64,000 nucleotides of DNA, taken from Balanoglossus misakiensis. Its lineage: Eukaryota; Animalia; Hemichordata. The first letter of the stretch is position 1. Every line of letters begins with the position of its first letter. Location: the NCBI GenBank assembly GCA_040954595.2, contig CM082590.2, forward strand, positions 10,008,088-10,072,087, read 5' to 3'. Shown piece by piece: positions 1 through 12,053 of the stretch. A model generated the notes under the pieces. It saw only the letters and a list, made by a program, of their open reading frames with translations, was not told where the DNA came from and did not search any database. Position numbers and translations under genes: made by a program.

Positions 1-735
1 GTCAACAGAATAAAAACTGTCTTTCCTTACAAAACACACAACCAAAACATGGATGCAGTAGGCGATTCTTGCCCACGATTGAAAGAACCCCGTATGCAAG
101 TTTTACGCGGCTAGCATTCTCAACAGAGCATGTTATATTTCTAAGTGAATTTTTTTATGGTGCAACTGCCCGCGGCCGAACAGATTTACAAATTTTTATT
201 CTCCGGGAGTTGTTCAATGGTTTCTGGATGAATTATTTTCGGTAATTTACTCGTTCGTTTTGATTTGTATAATAAGTAAGTATGACACTAACATCTTATA
301 AATCCGCACTTTGTCATAAAAAACGACCCGTCAGTAAAATGTGTAATTAGGCTGGCGTCCGTGTAGCTGCCCCGTCGCTATTTTATTTCTTGCGAATAAT
401 TGTTTGATGTGGAGACGCTGAAATTAAGGTCACCTCGCGATGCTTGCTTCTTCGTTGTTGGACAGATGCAGAGCGCTCAATGGCCACTTTAACGTTACAC
501 ATCACTGGCCAGTTGCACGTGTCTTAAAACAACAACAAGCCTAATTAATTGAAGCGATAATTCCACGCAATCTAAAACGACGTTTATACGTGGGGCAATT
601 CATTTAATTTCAGTCATTTCGTTTCAGACTTTTAACAAGAGAAGTGAATAATTAATTTAAATTAATTTTCATCACAGATTAGAAAACGGGATAGTTTGTG
701 GGAAATAGCTTAATTATAAATAATCTATGCATGCC

Positions 736-780
<45 letters not shown>
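736..780. repeat. (TGTC)n microsatellite
   Basis: About 11 tandem copies, seen directly. Confidence 0.97.
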
Positions 781-1830
781 TTCTCAGGTTGCCAAATATA
801 TTTTTTTTTCTCGACAAGAAAAATGTCAGTACGCAAGAAATGACAAGAACCAGACATCATTTCCTCTGATGGCAAAATAAATCTTGGTATCTTTGAATGA
901 CAATAAGAAATGCTATATTATCTGTCAACCTTCATGAAATTTATAAATCTTTTTTGGTGTCTTTCTCTTGCAGCTGTTCGATGATTTGCATAACAAAACC
1001 ACTAAGAGCCACTCTGCGCATGTCAGCGAAAGCTCTGTAAGTACACTTTCGGTTCACCTACCTACAGACTAGGCATATATATTAGTATACATCTATTTGT
1101 TTTAATTTTAATAGAAGCAATAGCTGCTTGCATTGAAGATAGTTTTCACTTCAATTATTCTGGTAAAAGGCTCTGAACATATAGTTACACTTATCATGCA
1201 CTTGTTTGAATTATCAATACTAGGAGTTAGTGCTATCATGATGCGATCGAGGCATCACAACAACCGACTTTCATACAGCGCCACCATCCTATCAAGATTA
1301 GTGAGGAATTCGTTACTATTAGCAACAGCGTCTATCGGGTCAACAAATGCGCATGCGTGCAGCATTGACAACTGTTCTACGAGGAACTCACGAGATATGA
1401 GATATTTATAGATTTTTAAAATAAGTTGAGTTTTGTTCTGGGATACAAGACAAGGAGTGGAGAGCGAGAACATCAAAGTCGACGCCAGGATCAATCTAAA
1501 TGCCCGAACACTGCATGGCAACCTTTGGATCAAACGTGACAATTATTGCTCTATAATGGTTTAGGTAAAGAGTGTACTTGTACCACGAGAACAAGGGGAC
1601 CACTTTAACTCTGTAGTAATGCGAGCGGCAACTCCTTTGAAGAAAGTTTCTGCAGTGAGGATAACCCTTAGCATACTAACAGATAGCGGTGTACCGTTTA
1701 GAGCTTGCAGACCTATTCAGACACAGAATGATGCGCGTATGTAAATAGTATCCCTGTCTAGAGCATTTATTTGTTCTCTGTGCTTATATATGTATAGATA
1801 CTATTCACTTGTACACAGTAAAATGGCCAC

Positions 1831-1960
1831 TGTATGTATGTATGTATGTATGTTTATATGAATGTATGTATCTATGTATCTATATATCTATGTATCTATG
1901 TATGTGTATATGAGAAAATTATTTCCTGAAAGATGATATATATATATGAAATATGTATAT
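1831..1960. repeat. Degenerate (TATG)n/(TATC)n/(TA)n microsatellite
   Basis: Seen directly. Confidence 0.9.
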
Positions 1961-2730
1961 GAAAAAAGACAATTCATTTTTCGGGAAATGATTTTCTCAT
2001 CCAGATTTGGGCCCCCTAAGTTGACCGAAAGAACAAACTATATCCCTGCTGCATCGATTAATATTCCTCCAAAATCCATTAACAAACCGTAATCACTCTC
2101 GCTTGCAAAACGTAGAGTGATGCAGTCGACACGGTAAAATTTGAACACTCTCACATACCAATTAACCCAACGTCATGATGATGTATTCCCCGAAAGAGAA
2201 AAGGTTTGAAAATTAATCATCCTCACGACACTTGTCTGCTGATATCGAAACGAATTCAGTCATTGATAAGTGTTATTTGGTATGGAGAACTGCTCCCCGA
2301 ATTACTTCAGCGCAGACGATAAACATTTCTCCGCTCATAGCTCGGCCTCATCTATATTCACCAACATGCGTGCGCACGTTGTGTTCCCTCATTTGCATTC
2401 CACTCCACGCTTGCGCACAGCTTGTCACCGAGGAGAAGAAAAATGGACGCGCGGCAAATTGACTGGAACCCGGGTAAACTCGCTGTCTCGCCCCATAAAA
2501 AGTAATCAGGTGTCACGCGGTAATGGATTACGCAAGAGTGATACTTTGTGCACATTCTGAGCGCTTCAAAATTGCTGACAAATGGTACACACCTCGTTGA
2601 CTTGGATCTCATGTAGTGACCGCCTAACCTCGAAAACAAATCGATAAATGTACTTTCCATGAAACGAGCTCATGATTTTTTTTTCAATGTTTCTATTCTG
2701 CATATCAACTGTAAGTTTGAATTATATATT

Positions 2731-4050
2731 ATCCAATATGGCGGCCAAAGTCACATGACCGCTCGGGAATGTATTGTCAAAATTTGAAGGGCAGAGAACA
2801 TGTGTACCATGCAACAAATTTGAACTTGGTTGGCCCCGTGGTTTTTGAGAAGCAGCCCTTCAAACGTTTCGAGAAAATCAAATATGACAGTCAGGTCACG
2901 TGACTAATTAAATATTCACGAGTCACAGCATGTCTACACATTTGCCCCTATCACCCTACAAAGTTTCAGCTAGGTGGGTGCTGTGGTTCTGGAGAAAAAG
3001 ATTTTTGAAAATTTTACTGTGATTTTTAAAAATCCAATATGGCGGCCAAAGTCACATGACCACTCGGGAAATTATTGTCAAATTTTGAAGGGCAAAGAAC
3101 ATGTGTACCATGCAACAAATTTGAACTTGGTTGGGCTTGTGGTTTTTGAGAAGTAGCCTTTCAAATGTTTTCAGGAAATCGAATACAGCCATCAGGTCAC
3201 GTGACTAATTAAATATTCACGAGTCACAGCACATCTACTCATTTGCCCCTATCACCCTACAAAGTTTCAGCTAGGTGGGTGCTGTGGTTCTGGAGAAAAA
3301 GATTTTTGAAAAATTTACTGTGATTTTTAAAAATCCAATATGGTGGCCAAAGTCACATGACCACTCGGGAAATTATTGTCAAATTTTGAAGGGCAAAGGG
3401 CATGTGTACCATGCAACAAATTTGAACTTGGTTGGGCTTGTGTTTTTTGAGAAGTAGCCTTTCAAATGTTTTCAGGAAATCGAATACAGCCATCAGGTCA
3501 CGTGACTAATTAAATATTCACAAGTCACAGCACATCTACTCATTTGCCCCTATCACCCTACAAAGTTTCAGCTAGATGGGTGCTGTGGTTCTAGAGAAAA
3601 AGATTTTTGAAAATTTTACTGTGATTTTTAAAAATCCAATATGGCGGCCAAAGTCACATGACCACTCGGGAAATTATTGCCAAATTTTGAAGGGCAAAGC
3701 ACATGTGTACCATGCACCAAATTTGAACTTGGTTGGGCTTGTGGTTTTTGAGAAGTAGCCTTTCAAAAGTTTTCAGGAAATCCAGTATAGCCATCAGGTC
3801 ACGTGACTAATTAAATATTCACAAGTCATATTTTGAAGGGCAAAGGACGTGCGTACCATGCACCAAATTTGAACTTGGTTGGGCTTGTGGTTTTTGAGAA
3901 GCAGCCTTTCAAAAGTTTTCAGGAAATCGAATACAGCCATCAGGTCACGTGACTAATTAAATATTCACAAGTCACAGCACATCTTCTCATTGGCCCCTAT
4001 CACCGTACCAAGTTTCAGCCAGGTGGGTGCAGCGGTTTTTGAGATAATGA
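2731..4050 (+). repeat. 301-bp tandem repeat (dimer of 146- and 155-bp subunits), ~4.5 copies
   Basis: ATCCAATATGG recurs at 2731, 3032, 3333 and 3634. Near-identical ORFs start at 2974, 3275 and 3576. Confidence 0.97.
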
Positions 4051-4056
4051 AATAGA

Positions 4057-4272
4057 AATATTTTTTCCAGAAAGCCATTTAAATGAGATTCTGGAAAAAA
4101 TATTTTTTTCAGAAAGTCATTTGAATGAGATTCTGGAAAAAATATTTTTTCCAGAAAGCCATTTAAATGAGATTCTGGAAAAAATATTTTTTTCAGAAAG
4201 TCATTTGAATGAGATTCTGGAAAAAATATTTTTTTCAGAAAGTCATTTAAATGAGATTCTGAAAAAAATATT
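4057..4272. repeat. Five tandem copies of a 42-bp imperfect palindrome
   Basis: CAGAAAG recurs at 4068, 4110, 4152, 4194 and 4236. Unit: TTTTTTCCAGAA-agc-CATTTAAATG-aga-TTCTGGAAAAAA-TA. Confidence 0.97.
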
Positions 4273-4574
4273 ACCTCGGCGTATGGCATACGGACCTCCC
4301 CGGCATCATTTCCCGGGCGGGTTTAGGCTCTGGCCCCGCCGAGTTTGGAGGGCGTCGGTGTCCTGGAGTCGAACCTGGCCGACACTCAGGAGTACCGGTT
4401 CTACTCTGCACTCAACGGGAGGAATGGTCACCGTCCCCCGCCTAGCTGGTTGGGAAGCGCACGTTCTATGTTCGGCCGTTTAGCTCCTATATGGCGACGG
4501 GAGCTCAGGACTCTACCAGGCCTGGTCGCATCATCTCCCGCCGAACGGGGAGGGAAAAAACCCGTACAGGGCCA

Positions 4575-5238
4575 GTATTTTTTTCTGATTTTCGGATTCT
4601 GGAAAAAATATTTCTTTTTAATTATCTCAAAAACCGCAGCACCCACCTGGCTGAAACTTGGTACGGTGATAGGGGCCAATGAGTAGATATGCTGTGACTT
4701 GTGAATATTTAATTAGTCACGTGACCTGATGGCTGTATTCGATTTCCTGAAAACTTTTGAAAGGCTGCTTCTCAAAAACCACAGGCCCAACCAAGTTCAA
4801 ATTTGGTGCATGGTACACATATACTTTACCCTTCAAAATTTGACAATAATTTCCCGAGTGGTCATGTGACTTTGGCCGCCATATTGGATTATCTAAAAAA
4901 ACAGTAAAATTTTCAAAAATCTTTTTCTCCAGAACCGCAGCACCCACATAGCTGAAACTTTGTAGGTTGATAGGGGCAAATGTGTAGACATGCTGTGACT
5001 CGTGAATATTTAATTAGTCACGTGACCTGATTGTCATATTTGATTTTCTCGAAACGTTTGAAGGGCTGCTTCTCAAAAACCACGGGGCCAACCAAGTTCA
5101 AATTTGTTGCATGGTACACATGTCCTATGCCCTTCGAAGTTTGACAATAAATTCCCGAGAGGTCATGTGACTTTGGCCGCCATATTGGATTTTCTAAAAA
5201 TCACAGTATAATTGTCAAAAATCTTCTTCTCCAGAGCC
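4575..5238 (-). repeat. Inverted copies of the 301-bp repeat (~2 units)
   Basis: Reverse complement of the left array. The minus-strand ORF at 4717-4947 repeats MGAxVLEKKIF... Confidence 0.95.
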
Positions 5239-6309
5239 GGTGATAACCGAGTCGCAGGCTTTGGGGAAATCAAATATGACAGTCAGGTCACGTGACTAAT
5301 TAAATATTCACGAGTCATAGCACGTCTATACATTCGGCCCTATCACCCTACCAAGTTTCAGCCAGGTGGGTGCTGCGGTTCTGGAGAAGAAGATTTTTGA
5401 AAATTATACGGTGGTCGATTATTTGCTGACAGCGCCATCAGACAGACCGAGGGAGAAAGAGAAGGGGCGCCTATGTAATAAAGCAATACAATGAAAAAAT
5501 TCAATATACGCAAATTTGTTATTTCGCTCATCAAAAACAGCATCGAAATGTTACTATAAACTGTATACGTTATAATTGGTGATAAAACTACAATGTGTTA
5601 AGTTATGCTTCATTGAAAAACGACCCCCCCCCCCGAAAAAAGTGCATTTTAATAGAATGTAATTCGGTCACTATGCAGTATTTTTATTGACCTTATTTGC
5701 AGATCTGTAATTTTATTCCTAAATGACAATTGATGGGGTATGAAGTGGAATGTCAATACATGTAAATGCAGAGAGAAGTGTACGATTAGAGATTTTTACA
5801 GCAGTATCTGCAAGAATTACACCACTGCGTTTTTTGTATTGTCTAAATTGCAGTTTCTGCATTGATTCTGCACCGATTACGTCATTTACGACTGTGATCA
5901 CCAGACTGTGGCGACCCCTGAGTGACATAGCCACCGATAAGGGAGAAAGACAAAGCGCCGTGAGACAGACATACAGATGGTCAGGCAGACACAGTATGAG
6001 GCAGACGATGAACGGTCGGGCGGGAAATGTGATGCGCGGGAAAACATTCTGAGGTGAGAGTCATCTTGTCTGTCACAATAATCAGTCTGTTTTTATGCAT
6101 ATCGTCTACGTCAGATTTTTTTTACAAGTTAAGAGCTACATCAGTCTTTGTCTCCTTCGCTACTCTAACCCTAACCGATGGCAACTATGTACGTGGCACA
6201 AAGGGAGGTGAACTGCATAAAAACACAAACAACTGAAAAATATAAACAGCCTTTGTACTACAACCATACAATGTAACAGAAAGTTTCAATGTAACGAAAG
6301 TTTCAAGCA

Positions 6310-6590
6310 ACGCGGCGCCAACTGTCGCCATCATTTGTTACATTTTAGGCATTTGTGTCTCCCCTCGGTGTCACGTTTATCACGACATGAGCAGCGCCAC
6401 CATTTGCAACTGGCACTTGCGTTCATAGATTGAAACTTGCATGGAATTGTTTTGGGGTTGACCCTCGCGAGGTCACGCAGCTCTGATGGATGGTTGTGTT
6501 ATAGCGCCACCTGTCGATCAATGTAGTAATTTGACCGCTGTTCATGTTCGTCCGATTGCAGACTGTGTTATATCGCCCTCTAGAAGTTCA
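6310..6590 (-). promoter_or_regulatory. Cluster of co-oriented CTCF-like motifs
   Basis: Minus strand: TCGACAGGTGGCGC (6504-6517) and CTTCTAGAGGGCGA (6573-6586), plus weaker GCGACAGTTGGCGC (~6315) and AAATGGTGGCGC (~6394). Confidence 0.45.
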
Positions 6591-9500
6591 AAGCGACTTT
6601 GTTTACGTTTCAGTTTGAATGTCTATTTTTCTTAATAAATCAATTTATTTGTTTTGAGCGGTGTCTGGATCAAAAATTAATCATGCGAATATTCGTCTCG
6701 CCCGTTTTAGTAATTTCAATTTTCGCTCTATCGAGGAAAGATTCGGCAGCGAATATTATTTTTTTAATTTTGAATAGAAACATTCAATATGGACGGAAAG
6801 AGAGTCAACATGAATATGATATATTGCATTTTTGAGTACTACATTATATAGTTTTGAATAGCATTTACGAGAAGTTGCTGGCTTGTTTCCAGCGGCTAAT
6901 ATGGCTTTCATTTACTGTATTTAGAAACTGTGCGTCTGTTCTCGTTTGTATCATAGATACTGTACGTGATGGGGTCTGGTATTTCAAGTGAACCCTTCTC
7001 CAATGGGGTCTGTTCGCCCTACCCGTGTTGGATATCACAGCTGGAATGTGGATCGCGGGGGAGACAGAGAAGGTCTTTTTGCGTACGTGAAGACGACGGG
7101 GAATGTGGGGACGCGCCCGCTGCCGATTCATGAGTCTCGTCATGCACAAGAAACATTACGCTAATCTCCGCGACAGCGTCCGGGGCCAAACTCCCTTGGT
7201 GATCAAAACACCTACGTATTCATCGCCGAAACAATTGAACACGAGTCGGCTTCCTTTGAGCGCGGCCTTGAAGATTACTCTCTCATCAGAGAGCGGATAA
7301 CAGACGCGACCATGACCTTGACAGCGCGTGTATGAGTCAAAACAGGACACAATGCCAGCTCAGAATCAAAACGAAGTCAATGTCTTCCCTGACGTATCCT
7401 ATCTTTCTTTTCAACTCTGCGAAGATTCTCATGAGAATTCACACAAGATAATTTTCAAGAAGATTTCAGGAAATGACCTCTTAAAATACTGTTTGTTTGT
7501 AAAACCATCTTTTGCATAACACTCGTGAATTCGTTCAAACGCACATCCCTAGAGAACCGATCTCCTTTCCAGTAAAAGTAATCGAATTTCGATATAAATG
7601 CGTCGAATTTTGTGTGAAAAAAGAAAAACTGTTGTTGAATTTAAAACTCAAATTGAAAAATGTAATTTGTGTAATTTTCATAATTTTGTGTTCTGGAAAG
7701 ATCTGCTCATTTTTAGTTGGCAGTTTCAAATACACCTAAACCCTCCCAAGGGCGTCTGAAATCACATCACCACTTTATTTCATGAGAGTGTCTTGCTACA
7801 CTAATTTGTCAGACAAAATTCCACTCTAATTAACGAGTTCCTGGCGTGTTAATGATTGTCTGCGGACTTCACAGGACAGACTGACCCATTTCTTTTACAT
7901 GGCACTATTTTTAACGAAATCGAGTGAATATCTGGTAAAATTCGCACAAACTTAAATTTAAAAAAATACACATCTTAATTTTAGAGTGTTTAATGAATAG
8001 TCCTTTGTCGGTTAGTTTGTTTTTTACTGCCTAGGTTGTTCAGAACATAGACTAATGATACAGCTCTTATTTAATTAATAGCCTTTGCCATTAATTATTC
8101 ACAATTCATATATGGGACTAGCCCGACTGCAGACATGACCTCAACTTTGTATGTGCCCAGTTAATTAAAGCAAGTGTTTTCTTTTAATTGTAAAATGAAA
8201 ACAGACAAGGATGAAGTCTGTTTTTAACGCTTTTTGTGATCTGCTGGACTAAAATATATTTAAATTCCTCTCGCTTGCATTTGAGCAGTCTTCGTTTATT
8301 TCGAATCGTATATGAACAGTTTGACCCATTTTCAGGTAAACCATACTTATTTGGAAGATCTATATCCTGCGTATATTCTGGTTCTGTCTTTGACGATAAA
8401 TTTCTTCCTTAATTTTAACGGACGCCTGTGACGTGTAGCTAATCAGGAAACATGCTGTAGCTTGCTATATTTTTTAGTTCAGAAACAACGTGTTACAGAC
8501 CAGAATATGACTCTATACTTGACCTGCATAGTGCACTTCTTCGTTAGTATATGACCTATAGAGGGGACATACTCACATCCGACCTTTCGAAGCCTTGTGG
8601 TATTTTAATATGTCTAGCTGTTTGACTTGAATGTTTCAGAGTTGTCACCATACTGCACGTAGCGAAACAGCAGCTGCGTAGAAGCCCGAACATTTATGCC
8701 ACATGTAGAAAGTTGATTTATTAAACACAGTTTGCACAGAAAGAAATTATTTAATCTTCTAGTTGTGTACACGTGTCACAAAGTGAACTGGCCACGTTTC
8801 CATCTGGATGTACCACAAGTATTCTTTGAATTGCCTACATTCTTTTTCATCAGTGAAATTGTACTTTAATGCGGCTTATTTTTTTTCATTCTAGTTAACC
8901 TGGCAGACAAAATAGTCAGAGTGCACAAAGGGAGTTGTATCTTAAATTGGCAACCTCAGGCTGACTCGTCGAGCTGAAACAGTTAAATAGTACAGAAATA
9001 TTGTTCGGTTGAATATTCACATAAGCGAAAACAATTTCCCCATATATTTTTTTCCAGGATCGAAATTCCAGCCTTCTGATAATAGAAACGCCGAAAGAGT
9101 GTGTCATGATGTTGAAATGTTATTGCTTTCCCTTTTCCCTGTTTGTAGAAAGTGAATTTCGCCCTCAATCGACTTAGAATTAAGAGGATATAAAGTGCAA
9201 GGAAAGGCAACTGACCTATATTTTACAGTGTTTTTTTTTCCAGATGTGAAACTTTCATTTAAATATCTAACTATAGATGTATTTATATGTTTGCAAACAT
9301 TAAATTAACTTTCTTTGAAGCTTACAATACCTGCGTGTCGTGTATACTCTTTGTGAATCTACAAATATATATTCAAACCAGGTTTTAAAATAGTAGGTGG
9401 ATATTTCATCGATTTTATTTTTAGGTGCAGTCTACGTGTCCTTATTGAAATTTGCTTGAAATAAATGACTCAGTTTGAAGCTGTCAATGTTGATCAAAAT

Positions 9501-12053
9501 TAATAGAAAATCTTCACTTAGAAAAAGTGACCTGGAGAGTGGAATTCGTTGAAGTTTGTCACACCGATTGCATAGCTGTAAAACATTTATATTTCGCCTA
9601 GCAACTCCATACTTTAGGTGGGGGGATCAACGCATGCGCACTGATCACTTTCTAGCACGTCAATGCTCCACTTTTTGCTTGATGTGAGGTCGATAAACAT
9701 CAAAGGGTGCCGCCACCTACGGGTACCGCCTTCTGACCTTGAATGACTGCGCACAGCAGAGCGAACACAACACCAGTGGTGAGAACGATAGGTCGCACGA
9801 CACGTTTTGCCCGCCTGGGTTGCTATTGACAACTTGACTATTTATAACGCCCGATAGCTCGTATTTACGATTGTAAATTTCACTAGCTGTGCTACTTGAG
9901 AGGTCTGAAAGCACAATTTAAGGTCAAAGGTCAGCGCAAAGAGAGCAACACATTCGCCTTTTTGTCTGCTATCTGAAAGAGTGAATCTGATTGGTTGTTA
10001 TCGAAACATCGAATTCGGCTGAAACTGTTACTTTTATTTGATATAAAAGCGCAGAAAAATTTCATATCCGGCAGTATCGTTTCCCAGTGGTTTGATCATA
10101 ATGCAACGGTTAACACAGACGATAAGTGGAAGTTTTGCAGTCACTATGCTAATGAACTCTCCCCTTGCAGTACGCCTTGCCTAAGAAAAATAACCTACGG
10201 TGAAATACATTTCTACACTAGATCAGAATTTGCGGATTAAAATGTATTCTGATGTAAAAGTTTGTGTGATAAAAAATGAACGAGGCATCGGATGTTAGTT
10301 GGATGGATTCTTAAAGTGCGCCTCAGATGTGAGTACTCTCACTGACACACCGGAAGCAAAACAAGAGAGGTCACGCTTGATCTTTGACCCTTCGACTAGA
10401 CAAACGTGTTGTTCTGAAGTGATCGCCCTGTTTCAGAGCTAATGTCTTATCCACAATTAGTGACACCCTGTTTTCAGTGTTTTTACATTTCGTTATATTC
10501 TTCTGAACATAGGAGGCGCTACATTGAATTGCGGGACCAGACCGGTGTGCTGGCGCTGTAGAAAGGTAAATGGAAGCTGCTCTTAATCAACCGAAGACAA
10601 TGGCGGTGTCACCAAACGATTCTGACGTTAGCACAAATGTGTAACTCTGACATCAACTTGCCACATTCACCGAGTTTTCTCAATATGCAAATATACATTA
10701 CTTCGTTGAAAAATTCAGTAGTTCGTTTAATTTGAAACTCAATGACATTGTGCGTTTGCTAATAGTGGCCTTTGTTTAGCAGCAGACGTACTCGTAAATG
10801 TGGTCGTAAATTCAGGGGGTCATGTATTTTATTCCATTTTAAGATCGAGATACTGTCTTGGTTTGGCTTTTGTGACGCATAACAACCGCGATCTGGCTAG
10901 CTTTGTTACAAATATTACCAGATTTTGTCAAACATTGAGAATTTTTCGCAGATTTGTGGAATTTTATTAGATTATAGTCTGGCGTTTGACCTGAAAATCG
11001 AATGATTTACAACTGTCTGGAAGAGGGGTCATCACCCATGCGTATTAGGATTCCGCCAGCTCTGTCGTACCTTAGCCTATATTTTGCAAGAAGTCGGGCA
11101 AGCTAAGGTATCACTTGGGCTTTCATTCGAAGACAGAATAAAAATAAACACTACTGGCCCATATCATCAGTGCTTAGTTGTATGCTCTCCCACACGCCCA
11201 TTAAAAAGGTCCTTGTCCTGGCGATAAAAACACAACTTTTCCAGATATTCGGAAAGATCTAAGCGTGTGGACAGCTTAATGGAAACGTGTCCTATCGCTA
11301 TTACAGATACAACGATTATCTCCAGGCGTCTTGTACGTTCAAAGGAACAGCCGCCGAGATTACAGGTTATTATATAAGAGTTAAGCATCCCAAGGCATAA
11401 ATCAAACCTGGCTATATAAGCCAAATGGCGATACAGACAAACTACCAGATAAGTTGATCGCCCCTGCATTTGTTACATTCAGTATTGACTATTATTGCAA
11501 AATGCACCAATGTGTAAAGAAGTAGGGAATTTTTTTCCGCCAGTTGAATTTTCACAGCAATATTTGCATATTAAATTGTATAGTTTATTATTTTAGTTTT
11601 ATCATGCTAACATTATGATAGTTTTGCCTAAAAACTAAATTATGTCCCCTAATTTTCTTCGTTTCGTTTTATTTAATTATTTTAGTTTGGTCCTGTGGAG
11701 CTTCCATTATTCATATTGTACAGAGTTTACGACATCACGATTGTAACTATTTTGAGATAATTGCATAAATGTGGATAACATGGTAGAAAAATTATGTAAA
11801 GAAAATTCAACACTCACCAGAATGCACGTACTACGCCACTTTTCTGGTCAAACAATGGTAGAACTACAATTTTCTCTTCAATAATTTATACAGTTCCTGG
11901 TATGCAATTATCCCAAATCGTGTTCTGACGCCTTCCTCCATTTATATCCGTTGTAACTATGAAGAAATATAGTATTGCTTAGAAATTGACGCTAAATTTA
12001 AAAGCAACGCGTTTTTGGCATTTTTTTCCAGATAATTTTTCCCTCAACCTATG

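Larger units (their letters stand above)
2731..5405. mobile_element. Satellite-bearing foldback/inverted-repeat element (probable non-autonomous DNA transposon derivative)
   Basis: Forward 301-bp units (2731-~4050), a 42-bp array, a GC-rich spacer, inverted units (~4575-5238), then a final forward partial unit (~5265-5405). The ORF track shows the same pseudo-peptides on both strands. Confidence 0.7.

Noticed and set aside
2731-4272. CRISPR-like array or repeated 60-aa genes
   Set aside because: Units are contiguous with no unique spacers, there are no cas genes, and the context is eukaryotic. The ORFs are by-products of the satellite.
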